From: a virus
Taxonomy: Duplodnaviria; Caudoviricetes
Virus record (IMG/VR): IMGVR_UViG_3300031993_000012
Location: 64,001 to 128,000 of that record
Direction: 5' to 3' (one strand)
DNA: 64,000 nucleotides
Made by a program: the position numbers and the translations under genes. Numbering within the stretch: the first letter of the stretch is position 1; each line of letters begins with the position of its first letter. Below, in pieces: positions 40,113 through 50,556 of the stretch. The notes under the pieces were generated by a model. The model was not told the DNA's origin. It ran no database searches and saw nothing but the letters and a program-made list of their open reading frames with translations.

Positions 40113-42218
40113 TTACTTTACAAGACCTGCGTTGCTGTCAGGAACGAGAGCAGTATTCTTAGCAATGATTCTTGCATCAACACCCTGAACAGTGATCATC
40201 TGATACTGTGAAGATGTTGTGATAAGTACTGCCTGTCCGCCAGGTGAGTTCGGATCCTGGTAACCAGCATTCTCAGGTGAGTTAGTAAGGTGACGAGCGA
40301 ATCTGAGGTGCTTATGTGTGATGTGGAACTTGTCCATCGGATAAGCACAGATCTTCCAGAAGTATTCCTTTGACTTCATGCCAGGCTTGTAGTCAGGATC
40401 ACTTGTCTGGTATGCATCAATGAGTGTGTATGCAGGAACACGGTTAGAAGCAACAACACGAATCGGAACTGACTCATCTGTCATTACACCGAATGCATGA
40501 TTCATCTTTACGCCGCCGATTTCTGTACTCTGCTGAGTTGTCCATGTAACGAACTTCTCAAGAAGACGTGCACTCTTCGGGTTGCTGTAGATAACGAAGC
40601 CGAGGTTGTCGAGCTTACCCTTATCGCAGAGCTCATAGATAGTAGAAGCAATTGCGTTATGAAGTGCATTTGTTCTGTACTCGAAGGGATCGCCAGCGAA
40701 TGAAGGCGAGATGAATGTAGGATCGAAGTCAACGTACTCTGTATGAGTATATGAATCGAGATTCCAGATATTGCTGTCAGCACCATCCCACTCGTTGAAC
40801 TCTTCGTCGAGCTTCTCAAGGATGTACTGATCCTCGAACATCTCCTGAGCTGTTACGAGCTCCTGAACGAGTCTGTTGTAGAGGTTGAAGTTAAGTGAAG
40901 CATTAGCCTCAGCAAAGTCTTCAACTGTGAATGGAAGCTGGAATCTGCATCCGTCGCCGATTGTCCACTTTCTGATCTCAGGATACTCACGGAAGCCGAT
41001 TGTTCTGAGGTTTGTTTCATTTGAAATATAGCCGTTGATATAGAATCCCTTGATTGTGCCACATGCAGAAGCATTGATAAAGCCCTTAACGAAATCAACA
41101 ACACCGGAGAGTCTGTCATCGAATGATGTAGTTCTACCAGTAGCCTTGTTCGTAGTAGGATCAACAACAGTAAGAACCTGTGTAGCATCGATACCACCGT
41201 TCAGGAATACACCGCCGTTCTGGATATCGATCTGGATACCGCCGCGAGGCAGTTTGATCTTAGCATTTGTGATTGCAGCTTCCTGTGAGTAGTATGTGTT
41301 AGCAGCCCATGTAGGAGCAGTACCACCGCCAGCAGGTACCTGAGTATACTGATCTGTACCAGAATCGTATGTGTAGTAATTTGTGTAATCAGTTGCCCAG
41401 TCTGCAGGCTCTTCAGTTGTAAGAACATAAGAAGCAGGAACATCAGCAACAATGTACTTGATGTGGAAATCGTAAGACAGTCTTGTTCTTGGAGTCTTTA
41501 CGAAGTTTACAGGATGATTGCCGTTCTCATCAAGGAGGTACTGAGCATCGAGAAGCTGGAGCTTCTTACCAGGTGCAGCAGCGATAGCAGCAAGAGTAAT
41601 AGGTGTTGTGTCATCCAGACGGAGACCCTTACCTGTGTACCAAAGCTTCTTCCAAAGCTCAGTATCGAAGTAGATTCTAGGAGTCTCGTACTCTTCACCA
41701 GTCTCATTGTTTACGAGATACTTTGTGAAGATACGCTGCTCGATGTTTGTTGAACCAGCTGTAGCAACCGGAATAATATCTTTACCGAGGAACTTGATGA
41801 ACTGCTTAACGAGAGCAGGGAAATCGAGAGTTGAGAGCGGAAGGTATGTTGATACGTTGTAACTTTCCTGAATGAAGTTAGTAACAGCGCCATCCCAAGC
41901 TTGTGAGAGTTCGTCAGCAACTGACTCAAGGTGCATACGCTCTACTTCACTCTCAGTAGGATAGTTTCTGATTTCGTCGCAGATAGGCTCAAGATACAGA
42001 GTCTTGTATTCCTGCATGATCTCAGGGTGATCAAGCATCTTTCTGAAATCAGTTGTAACATTGATGTCATGTGTGTCCTTCATTGTATTTACAGCAGTTT
42101 CCAGATAAGTATCAGCCTTTTCTCTGATTTCCATAAGATCTGAATCAGATGCATTATTAATCATAGACTGCTGTTCCTGGAACCAAGAACCACGATGGTT
42201 TGCACGTGCATATGCCAT
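40113..42218 (-). CDS. major capsid protein (precursor)
   Basis: ~700 aa, last gene of the prohead-protease operon, strongly biased codon usage, FIQES cleavage-type site near residue 120. Confidence 0.7.
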   Translation of the reverse strand: MAYARANHRGSWFQEQQSMINNASDSDLMEIREKADTYLETAVNTMKDTHDINVTTDFRKMLDHPEIMQEYKTLYLEPICDEIRNYPTESEVERMHLESVADELSQAWDGAVTNFIQESYNVSTYLPLSTLDFPALVKQFIKFLGKDIIPVATAGSTNIEQRIFTKYLVNNETGEEYETPRIYFDTELWKKLWYTGKGLRLDDTTPITLAAIAAAPGKKLQLLDAQYLLDENGNHPVNFVKTPRTRLSYDFHIKYIVADVPASYVLTTEEPADWATDYTNYYTYDSGTDQYTQVPAGGGTAPTWAANTYYSQEAAITNAKIKLPRGGIQIDIQNGGVFLNGGIDATQVLTVVDPTTNKATGRTTSFDDRLSGVVDFVKGFINASACGTIKGFYINGYISNETNLRTIGFREYPEIRKWTIGDGCRFQLPFTVEDFAEANASLNFNLYNRLVQELVTAQEMFEDQYILEKLDEEFNEWDGADSNIWNLDSYTHTEYVDFDPTFISPSFAGDPFEYRTNALHNAIASTIYELCDKGKLDNLGFVIYSNPKSARLLEKFVTWTTQQSTEIGGVKMNHAFGVMTDESVPIRVVASNRVPAYTLIDAYQTSDPDYKPGMKSKEYFWKICAYPMDKFHITHKHLRFARHLTNSPENAGYQDPNSPGGQAVLITTSSQYQMITVQGVDARIIAKNTALVPDSNAGLVK

Positions 42219-42290
42219 AATTAAATACACTCCTTATTGTATATTTGGTGATTTTTTATACTCACCATAGTATTTATTTAGAAAGCAACC

Positions 42291-42863
42291 TTAATCTTCA
42301 TCAGTGTCTACTTTCTTAAGATTAGAATCAATCGAATTCAGCAGAGCTGTATACAGAGTATTCAGTTTATTATAATACATAATATTTTCCCCATAAGCAG
42401 TATCTACGAAATCATTGACTACGTAGCTTTGTCCAGTGAACAAAGCTTGTTTGAGGTCGGTGATAAATGGTTGAATTGCTTTAGTAACATCATAAGGAAT
42501 AACCGATTGAAGTTTATCGATATTCTGTAGGATAGACTCAATTTCTGCATTACGATTAATCATCTGCTGATAGAGTCTTTGGTTAAGAATGTTACTTGCT
42601 TTTTCAGATGCTGAATTATCATCTTTCTGATCTTCATCAGCATCACCATTTTCACCAGTATCACCATTCATAGTTTCTTCTGAATCCATAGGCATTTCAT
42701 CCATGTCATCAGAACTCGGTGGTGCACCGACGAGATCCTCGTCGCCTGTGGAAGCGGATTCCTCCGGCTGATCTGGTGGTGCTGGATTATCAGAAGGACC
42801 TGGGTCAAATGCTTCCAGTTCATCACCTTCAGCTTCCATCACCCATGTGAACAGATCTTTCAT
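42291..42863 (-). CDS. acidic head/scaffold-like protein
   Basis: WVMEAE motif, acidic disordered N-half, helical C-half; SD GGAGGTG. Confidence 0.5.
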   Translation of the reverse strand: MKDLFTWVMEAEGDELEAFDPGPSDNPAPPDQPEESASTGDEDLVGAPPSSDDMDEMPMDSEETMNGDTGENGDADEDQKDDNSASEKASNILNQRLYQQMINRNAEIESILQNIDKLQSVIPYDVTKAIQPFITDLKQALFTGQSYVVNDFVDTAYGENIMYYNKLNTLYTALLNSIDSNLKKVDTDED

Positions 42864-42879
42864 TGGATTCACCTCCGAA

Positions 42880-45657
42880 TCAAGCTATACTATTAGGATT
42901 TGTTATCTTGGTACGACGTGCAGTAGCTGCCATGTTAACCATCTTATTACGGGTTCTCATGTATTCGTACTTCTTCTTCAATGCTTCAGGAGTACCAATC
43001 TCATCAAGCTTATCGATTTTTTCATCGAGAATTTGAATCTCGGTAATCATTTCACCCTGAACTTCTTTCTTGAGACGATCTTTATCGATTGCTTTGAGAA
43101 CCTGAACACCGGCAACTGCAGCAGCCAGATATCCACTGACTGTCCAGCTAATGCCAATCAGACCAAGTTTGAGAGCAAGTCTTGATGCTTTATACAGCGC
43201 AGTACGATAACTTGGACTCTCGACTATTTGGGCTTTCACTTCATCCTCATCCCGTTTAATCAACGAATCAACAATGTTTGTCATCCATTGTTTAGCTCGC
43301 GACACTGGCTTGAGGGCTGCTCTTGTAGTGTTTATGCCTTTTTCAACTTTTCTCTTTGCCTCCTGTTGAGTCGCTAACAGTTTTCTGTCACGATCCATCG
43401 ATTTGGTAAGAGAGTCCTCCTTTGGAGGGTTAGCACCTGCTGCTTCCGATAGGGGCTCTACTGCTTCAAGAATAGAAAACATCTCATGAACGGATACCCC
43501 GTTCGAGAGTTTATTATCCTGAGAAGCAACAGTATCTGAAGAAGTGTTGCTATTATTATAATTGTTAGTCCCCCGTGAATCGGAGTTGTGGGAATTTGTT
43601 GTGTTTGTCGTAGTTTTATTCACATTTGATGTATTATGTGAATCCGATGAATGAGTGGTTGTTGTTGTATTATGAGAATCATTCTTCTTCTCGATACGTT
43701 TATCACGTGATTCATCTTTGCTATGAGAATTATCATTCTGAGAATTTGTGATATTATTGGAATCACGATTCGATGAAGAGTTATCAATTTCTTCATGTTT
43801 ATTCTGAGAATTATCGTTGGTTGTATTAGTTGTTGTATTTGTAACCGTATGTGTATCGGTACGTGTATTATTTGAATCTTTATTGAATGAATTATTATAT
43901 GTGATATTGTATACAACACCACCATTTTTACCATCTTTACTGATGGGACCTTCGTATCCTTTACCGAGCATTCCTTCAAGTCCTTTATCAGTTTCAGTAT
44001 CCATTCTTTCATCGATTGAATTGGTTAATTCATCATATGAATTCTTAGGTACTCCCGGAGGAACATTCACATCAGTGGTCGTGGGTTCTTTAGGTGTATT
44101 TCCGTCGGATAAATCATCACTTAACGCAATACGGCGTTTAATGTAATCAGGAATCTCACCAGTTTCCTGCTCAGCATAGAAAGTATGTGATTCACCGATC
44201 CAATTATCAATACCGATCTGAGAAAATCCTTCATTATATAATGCATCATTCATTGTTGAAATTTCATCATACAATAAAGATTGATAACCTTCACAATACT
44301 GAATGTCGAGTAATGACATATCACCGAATTCCTTTTCCATTATAGAAGTATACTCTTTAACGGTTTCAGATTTATTCAATGAATTATCTTCCTTCATTTC
44401 ATCAGTATCTTTATACTTCATTGCTTCACGAGAATTCTTATTGATTCTCGCACGAACGGTTTTAATGAACTGATCAACAGTCCCTTCTTTCTTCGACATC
44501 AGATTATACATCAATGTCAAATAAATGTGCGAGTCAAAGATATTGAATAATGTCAGTAATGTATTATTGTTGATGGAACAATTTTCATCATTCAATAAAT
44601 TCAGATTCATGAAATCTTCGATGAATTTAATTGTTGATTCTTTATCGGTTTTGAAACAACTGAACAGATCGTAATTTTTGAAACGACCAGCGCCTTTGTT
44701 TTGTTTGATGATTGACTCATACGAATCAACGTATTTCTTCATTGTATCCTCATCGATATCCGATGATGATTTCTTTGGATTGGTTAATGTTTTTACCAAT
44801 ATAAATGGTGCAACCGTTTGTCCGATGAAATCTGTCATTCCTGTATTAGGCTTGCTGAATAACATCATCAAATCTGCAGTTGAATTACATGCATTCAATG
44901 CATCAACGATTTTACCCGTTAATGCTTTGAACTGTTGAGATACGACCCATTTACCGTTTGCATATTTCAAATGTTTTGGACGATCTTTCTCGAAGAAATC
45001 AATCTCTGCTGCTTCCATCTTGGTTTCATCAACCATGATTTCAACATCTTTAAGATCAGCATGTTTCTTGATACGTTCACTCTCAACAACCTGATCCATG
45101 TTGTTTGGAAGTTGAATCTGGTCGTTATTGAATATACCAGCAACATAATTCTCTGGGTCGAATAACGTAATGTCGATATCATCGTTCAACGCCGATCTGA
45201 GTTCATACAATTCAAGTGGTTGTGAAAATGTTTCAATTACATCAGCATACTTCGAAGGATTAGTAAACAATTCAAATGTATAAATACCATTCACGAGTTT
45301 ACTGAAATCTTCGAAATTGTTTGATATTAATTCAAGTGCTTTACAACCAATGATTGCATATACTTTATCGGCGATATCCTGTGGTAATTGTCCGAGTACA
45401 TCTGGACCATTATATTCTCCTTCGTGTTCACGAATCTCATCCATCATTTCACTCAACTTACTGGGATCCTGAACAAGCTCCGGATCAACATTATTCAACC
45501 AACTGAGAATACCAAGTAATGTTCCATCGAGCTGGATGTCGGATTCTACAGTAGGAAAATTCTTTTTGGTGAAATTAGATGTAATGAAATCATTGACACT
45601 GGATATTGCAGTTGCAACATTATCGAAGTATTCTTTATTGATTATTATCTTTTCCAT
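42880..45657 (-). CDS. internal head protein
   Basis: 925 aa; KMEAA, FYAEQ, ILEAV motifs; N/S/T/D low-complexity tract; hydrophobic hairpin plus coiled coil at C-terminus. Confidence 0.5.
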   Translation of the reverse strand: MEKIIINKEYFDNVATAISSVNDFITSNFTKKNFPTVESDIQLDGTLLGILSWLNNVDPELVQDPSKLSEMMDEIREHEGEYNGPDVLGQLPQDIADKVYAIIGCKALELISNNFEDFSKLVNGIYTFELFTNPSKYADVIETFSQPLELYELRSALNDDIDITLFDPENYVAGIFNNDQIQLPNNMDQVVESERIKKHADLKDVEIMVDETKMEAAEIDFFEKDRPKHLKYANGKWVVSQQFKALTGKIVDALNACNSTADLMMLFSKPNTGMTDFIGQTVAPFILVKTLTNPKKSSSDIDEDTMKKYVDSYESIIKQNKGAGRFKNYDLFSCFKTDKESTIKFIEDFMNLNLLNDENCSINNNTLLTLFNIFDSHIYLTLMYNLMSKKEGTVDQFIKTVRARINKNSREAMKYKDTDEMKEDNSLNKSETVKEYTSIMEKEFGDMSLLDIQYCEGYQSLLYDEISTMNDALYNEGFSQIGIDNWIGESHTFYAEQETGEIPDYIKRRIALSDDLSDGNTPKEPTTTDVNVPPGVPKNSYDELTNSIDERMDTETDKGLEGMLGKGYEGPISKDGKNGGVVYNITYNNSFNKDSNNTRTDTHTVTNTTTNTTNDNSQNKHEEIDNSSSNRDSNNITNSQNDNSHSKDESRDKRIEKKNDSHNTTTTTHSSDSHNTSNVNKTTTNTTNSHNSDSRGTNNYNNSNTSSDTVASQDNKLSNGVSVHEMFSILEAVEPLSEAAGANPPKEDSLTKSMDRDRKLLATQQEAKRKVEKGINTTRAALKPVSRAKQWMTNIVDSLIKRDEDEVKAQIVESPSYRTALYKASRLALKLGLIGISWTVSGYLAAAVAGVQVLKAIDKDRLKKEVQGEMITEIQILDEKIDKLDEIGTPEALKKKYEYMRTRNKMVNMAATARRTKITNPNSIA

Positions 45658-45659
45658 TT

Positions 45660-46505
45660 TTAAATCCCCCTTAAGATGGAGAGGGCTTCACGACGAATGT
45701 CACTCTTAAGAGGAATGACAATTTTTGATGTATCAGCTTGCTCACATATAATGGAAGCATCATTTGAAATGGTAATGATTTCATTTGGTGTGATTTCAAA
45801 TGATTCACAAACAACTGACATATTCTCATCCTGTTCACAACAATACTTTGCAAGTTCCTTAAGAAAGATTACTGTACCTTCCTGAACGGGGTCAATATCT
45901 GCGTTAGCTTCCTGATGAGATGGAAAGTCAACCATATCAAATGTAATGACTTTTGAGACTCTCATATTTGGAGCATTCATTGGTGCATTCGGAAGCATTG
46001 TTCCCATGAGTCGTACAGAGAAAGATGGTTGTGCACCAATATCAATAATCTCTGATGCAACTGCACGTCCACATTCAGTACGTGGATGCGTTGTGATCGT
46101 TGCTTTGTACAAATCACCAACGAATTCATCATCTGATATAAAGTGTGACGTCCTCATTGGTTCCGGGATTGTCATACGAATGTCAGAGTATTGTTGCCCT
46201 TTTATCTCTGGGTTCGGATGATTCAGTTCGCCCCTTAGCTTATGCATCCTGAGCAATTCCTGGTAACGTTCGTCGTTCTGAATTACTGAACGAGCATTCT
46301 CTTTGTCATATCTACGACGCATACGATTATAATGACCGAATGACCACAATGGTGATCTGAAAACACAGTATGGGAGACCTTCACAAGAAGTCTTGATTGT
46401 AAGACCTTTACGCTCAAGACCACTGTTGATGGGAGCTTCCTGAACAAAACATGCCGTTGCATATTTGTCTGTGGCTGTACTCTTTTTCACAAGCATTATA
46501 TTCAT
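45660..46505 (-). CDS. prohead core protease (T4 gp21-like)
   Basis: YNRMRRRY, LRGELNHP, SHFI, T.CGR, FSVRLMG, TFDMVDFPSHQEA motifs. Confidence 0.85.
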   Translation of the reverse strand: MNIMLVKKSTATDKYATACFVQEAPINSGLERKGLTIKTSCEGLPYCVFRSPLWSFGHYNRMRRRYDKENARSVIQNDERYQELLRMHKLRGELNHPNPEIKGQQYSDIRMTIPEPMRTSHFISDDEFVGDLYKATITTHPRTECGRAVASEIIDIGAQPSFSVRLMGTMLPNAPMNAPNMRVSKVITFDMVDFPSHQEANADIDPVQEGTVIFLKELAKYCCEQDENMSVVCESFEITPNEIITISNDASIICEQADTSKIVIPLKSDIRREALSILRGI

Positions 46506-46647
46506 CTACTTTCTATTTAGATTTTCAATGGATGTAAATCTCATTGAATGTTATCCTTTTGTCGTAATGATTAGTGGAGAACCAGGCTATTCTTATTATA
46601 ATATAAAATTAATACAACAGTAACATATTTAAGAAAGGACTGATTCC

Positions 46648-47769
46648 ATGGTTAAAGAACGTTTATGGGTAAAATTAGAATACCCGGATGTAATGAAAGA
46701 CACTTATATGATATCGAATCTTGGTGAAATCAAGAAGATTGATATCGATAAAGTCATCGATTTGTATCACGCTAATAATGGTGTTGAATATGCATTGTTA
46801 TTTGTTGATCCAGATGCACGTAGACGCAACTGTACTAAATATCCGAAACCGAAGAAATTATTCAGATTAGAATTATTAGTAGCTGTGACATTTGTTGAAC
46901 GTGATATGTCATTGGTCGACAAACCTTTGGACATAATGCATATCAATGGTGATAGTAGAGATTGTTCAGCAACGAATCTCAAATGGATTGAAGATGTTGA
47001 AGAATGGCGTGATATTAAGATCAAAGGTGTTATACCAAATGCATACCAAGTTAGCAGCTACGGCAGAATCAGAAACACCGCAAATGGTGAAGTGTTGAAT
47101 ACCAGATATGGTGGAGATGGTTACAGATTGATCTCATTGAAACTTACCGAAAGAACCGCAGCTGGATATGATTGGAAACCATTTAGAATTAATCGTTTGG
47201 TTGCAGAAACATGGTATGGTGAAAATCCGGGAAAAGATGTTAATCATATCGATAGTGATCATTGTAATGATCATTGGAAGAATGTTGAATTTACGACACG
47301 CTCAGAAAACCTTCGTCACGCAGTAGCGGCTGGTAATGTTTCAGCATTACCCGACGATGTTCTCCAGGATATATTTGAAGATTTAAAAAAGACAAATTCC
47401 CCGACTGAGACATACAGAAACATGTGTGAGATCCATCCGATATTACGTAAATATTCAATAGATAATGTGCAAGCTGTGAAACGTGGTTTCTATAATCATC
47501 GTCTTGGATTACCCGATGATTTCAGATTAGCTCCATGTAGACAAACCATTAGTGTTGAAGAAATGGATTTGATTCGTGATAAGTTAATTGAATTCAATGG
47601 TAGTGTCTCGCAGGCATTCAACAGTATTGATACTGAAGAACATCCAAGAATAAAATTCGATACCGTAAAAGATGTGAAACGTCGTCGTTCAGCATATGAG
47701 AAATCAAATAAGTACACGACTGATGATTTTGAACGTATAAGATTGATGTCTCCTAGAGGGAATAATTAA
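46648..47769 (+). CDS. HNH homing endonuclease with tandem NUMOD4-HNH units
   Basis: YMISNLGEIK..HINGDSRDCSATNLKW and EEWRDI..YQVSSYGRIR..VNHIDSDHCNDHWKNVEFTTRSEN..HA. Confidence 0.85.
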   Translation: MVKERLWVKLEYPDVMKDTYMISNLGEIKKIDIDKVIDLYHANNGVEYALLFVDPDARRRNCTKYPKPKKLFRLELLVAVTFVERDMSLVDKPLDIMHINGDSRDCSATNLKWIEDVEEWRDIKIKGVIPNAYQVSSYGRIRNTANGEVLNTRYGGDGYRLISLKLTERTAAGYDWKPFRINRLVAETWYGENPGKDVNHIDSDHCNDHWKNVEFTTRSENLRHAVAAGNVSALPDDVLQDIFEDLKKTNSPTETYRNMCEIHPILRKYSIDNVQAVKRGFYNHRLGLPDDFRLAPCRQTISVEEMDLIRDKLIEFNGSVSQAFNSIDTEEHPRIKFDTVKDVKRRRSAYEKSNKYTTDDFERIRLMSPRGNN

Positions 47770-47779
47770 TTATCTACAT

Positions 47780-47804
47780 AACATCCGGGTTCGTCCCGGA
47801 TGTT
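47780..47804 (+). terminator. hairpin/terminator
   Basis: aacatccggg-ttcgt-cccggatgtt. Confidence 0.6.
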
Positions 47805-47898
47805 ATTCTATTATTCTTATATTCGATATTTATATTATTTAGGTGGACAAATGAAAACACATTTGTTACACACTAATATTGAAAGGAAAGAAGTTAAA

Positions 47899-48564
47899 AT
47901 GAAAATCAGTGAAAACGTTAAAACGCTGATAGAGGATTATGCATATTATTTGAAATATAATGATGATGCTGAAAAGAATCCCGATACTGCGTTGAGAACT
48001 ATAACCGTTGTCGAGAGAAAAACCAACGAGTTTTATCATGTAATTGGTATCGAACATTTCTGTCAAACAAATGTGGTTACGATAAATCTTGAATCAAACA
48101 AGCCACATGATAAGTCTGCTGACAGATATGCATCAGTCAATGGAGATGAATTTGATGATCGTTTCCAATTGTTGGTGGAGTTCGAAAAAGTTCTGTTGAA
48201 TATCACGATAGCGGAAATGAATCGTGAAATATTCACGTTTATACATCCATACTTCATTACATATACGAGAGACTGGAGCTTTGATATTTCTGCAAAAGGA
48301 TGTAAAATAAGTATAAAGTTCTGGGGGAGTTATCCAGAGGATGATAGTTACGACAAGCTTGTGATCAATATTCACACCATTAACGATGTATCGATTAAGT
48401 TATACGGTCGTAATGGAACTACAAGTGTTGACGTGTTCAAGTATAAAAGCGGTAGCGTGACAATTGCTCCTGTTGCTACATATGGTCCATTGAGCGTTGA
48501 TGATATACATGCATTATGCGATAAGGTTGAAGAAATTATTAGGAGGAATAGTTATGAAAGGTGA
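47899..48564 (+). CDS. hypothetical early protein
   Basis: SD AAAGGA; N-domain T.EFY..IG.....ES.....DD..D.F.L shared with next gene. Confidence 0.7.
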   Translation: MKISENVKTLIEDYAYYLKYNDDAEKNPDTALRTITVVERKTNEFYHVIGIEHFCQTNVVTINLESNKPHDKSADRYASVNGDEFDDRFQLLVEFEKVLLNITIAEMNREIFTFIHPYFITYTRDWSFDISAKGCKISIKFWGSYPEDDSYDKLVINIHTINDVSIKLYGRNGTTSVDVFKYKSGSVTIAPVATYGPLSVDDIHALCDKVEEIIRRNSYER

Positions 48565-49087
48565 AAAGATTATTGAAAATTACAACCACTGTCAGAAGAA
48601 GAACAAACGTTGTGTATGCGTACACAATGAAACAGGAGAATTCTATGATTTGATTGGTATGCAAATAGATACCTTAACCGGCAAACGTCAGATGCTGTTT
48701 GAGAGTGCCTCTGGTGAGACATGTATCACTGCTACTGAGGATGATGTTGAGGATAAGTTCATGTTATTTGATGACTGGCGTGCATATGAAATCAAATATA
48801 AATATTGTGTGTATCCAGCACTCATAACAAATCTCACCAATGAAGATCTGAAAGAAGAAGTTGAAAAAGGTGAACCCATTAAAACACCCATTGCATACTT
48901 CAAATTCAAACAGTACAACATCGACTACACTTTCATCTATGAATGTATATTGACCAATCCGGCTGAGAATATTAACGATACATTCATTGTCCGCATGACT
49001 ATGGATGATTTAGAAGATGCTATAGCACATCCGGTAGAAGTTGCTGAAAGATATTATAATGGTAGAAAGAAGTATTTGAGCTGGTGA
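48554..49087 (+). CDS. hypothetical early protein
   Basis: SD AGGAGG; N-domain paralogous to previous gene. Confidence 0.7.
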   Translation: MKGEKIIENYNHCQKKNKRCVCVHNETGEFYDLIGMQIDTLTGKRQMLFESASGETCITATEDDVEDKFMLFDDWRAYEIKYKYCVYPALITNLTNEDLKEEVEKGEPIKTPIAYFKFKQYNIDYTFIYECILTNPAENINDTFIVRMTMDDLEDAIAHPVEVAERYYNGRKKYLSW

Positions 49088-49091
49088 TATT

Positions 49092-49412
49092 ATGAAGAAA
49101 TGCGATAAAACAATAACCGTTACAGATTATGGCGGTTATGAACACGAACAATCAATCAAAGATTTCATCATGGATTCGATACCACTGTTGTTGATGCTTG
49201 GAATGATTATACTTGGACTTGTACTATCACTGGATTATCAGAAGAACAAACCTAAATACGTCAGTGCAGTAATAGTTGGTGATCCTTCAATAGTCGTTCA
49301 TATTGACCACTATACATCTGATAACGGTAGATACATTTTATATGATAAAGATGGTTCTGTGTATAGTGCCGATAAGTCTAAAGTCGTATTCTATAATTAT
49401 GATAAGGAGTGA
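49092..49412 (+). CDS. single-TM membrane protein
   Basis: hydrophobic IPLLLMLGMIILGLVLSL. Confidence 0.65.
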   Translation: MKKCDKTITVTDYGGYEHEQSIKDFIMDSIPLLLMLGMIILGLVLSLDYQKNKPKYVSAVIVGDPSIVVHIDHYTSDNGRYILYDKDGSVYSADKSKVVFYNYDKE

Positions 49413-49418
49413 TGATGT

Positions 49419-50093
49419 ATGAGACATAAACTTCATACCATGTTAGAGAAGAAACTTACGGAGTTGGAAACGGCATACTTAGGTTCTATGTTTGAAACAT
49501 TGTTGGAATGTTCAGATGAAAACCAGAGATGGGATTATCATGCCGCTAGAAATGCAGCTCGAATGTATTCTAAGAATCTCGTGAAGAGACTTAGAAAAGA
49601 AAAGGTTATAACTAATTCAGATGAATGGATTTGTAAATATCTGAATTATGCTATTATCGTTCTCCAGAACGCAGGAACTCTTGTTTTCAAGAAACACAAG
49701 ATCGATCGTGTGTTGTTCGATAATCATAACCTTCGAGTGTATAAACCCATGACGGATGAAGAACTGACTGAATGTCGTGAATACTTTGGTTCATCATTCG
49801 TAGATAAAGTAACACAGGATGAGCATCCTGTGTTCAACGCAATGATGGACCATAGTAAGCGCCGTGAAGAACTCCGTGCAAAGCTTCCTGGAATGGAATC
49901 AATGTTCGATGTATGGGACAGAGAACGTGAATGGTTGAATTCAAATTCCAAAACAACTGAATCCAATGTGAATGTTTTGTATGCTGAACCATATGAGGTG
50001 GAAGATGATTTAGTAATATCTGAATCAGCAGCAAAAGCTTTATGTGAAAAGGTTGCAAGAATTCGTAAGCTCCAGGAAAAGAAGCGCTCATAA
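49419..50093 (+). CDS. hypothetical early protein
   Basis: 224 aa, SD AAGGAGTG. Confidence 0.7.
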   Translation: MRHKLHTMLEKKLTELETAYLGSMFETLLECSDENQRWDYHAARNAARMYSKNLVKRLRKEKVITNSDEWICKYLNYAIIVLQNAGTLVFKKHKIDRVLFDNHNLRVYKPMTDEELTECREYFGSSFVDKVTQDEHPVFNAMMDHSKRREELRAKLPGMESMFDVWDREREWLNSNSKTTESNVNVLYAEPYEVEDDLVISESAAKALCEKVARIRKLQEKKRS

Positions 50094-50110
50094 CGGGCGC
50101 TTCTTTTTTG
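50078..50110 (+). terminator. intrinsic terminator
   Basis: aagaagcgctc-ataac-gggcgcttc followed by T6. Confidence 0.7.
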
Positions 50111-50127
50111 CTATTTTTTGACATTCT

Positions 50128-50147
50128 ACATATATTATTCTTATGGA
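50128..50147 (+). promoter_or_regulatory. early-type promoter motif
   Basis: ACATATATTATT-CTTA-TGGA. Confidence 0.5.
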
Positions 50148-50193
50148 TAGATACGAAAGTATTTATTACATTATAAACGAAAGGATGTTGTTT

Positions 50194-50556
50194 ATGGAAA
50201 TGAACAAACAAATCGCTGATCTTATAACAGATATTGTCACAATAGTCAAAAAGACAACTGACGGAATGCCAGTTGACGAACGTATACGTCGTTTGATGTA
50301 TACATTTATCACTGTAAAAGGTGATCCCAAACTAATTATGTTTGGAGAAACCAATGCCACTATATATGGAATGATGTATGGTATTGATTTAGATTATGCA
50401 AAAAAGATTTACAATAACGATCTCGAATTCACCATACTCCGTCAGTTGGGTCTCGATGAAGTTACGATTGCCAACGATTTAATTCGGTTCGGTGAAAACT
50501 TCCTTGAGGCATCAAAAATGTTGAATGAAAAGGTTGGTGAGATTAATAATGGATGA
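50194..50556 (+). CDS. hypothetical early protein
   Basis: SD AAAGGATG. Confidence 0.65.
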   Translation: MEMNKQIADLITDIVTIVKKTTDGMPVDERIRRLMYTFITVKGDPKLIMFGETNATIYGMMYGIDLDYAKKIYNNDLEFTILRQLGLDEVTIANDLIRFGENFLEASKMLNEKVGEINNG

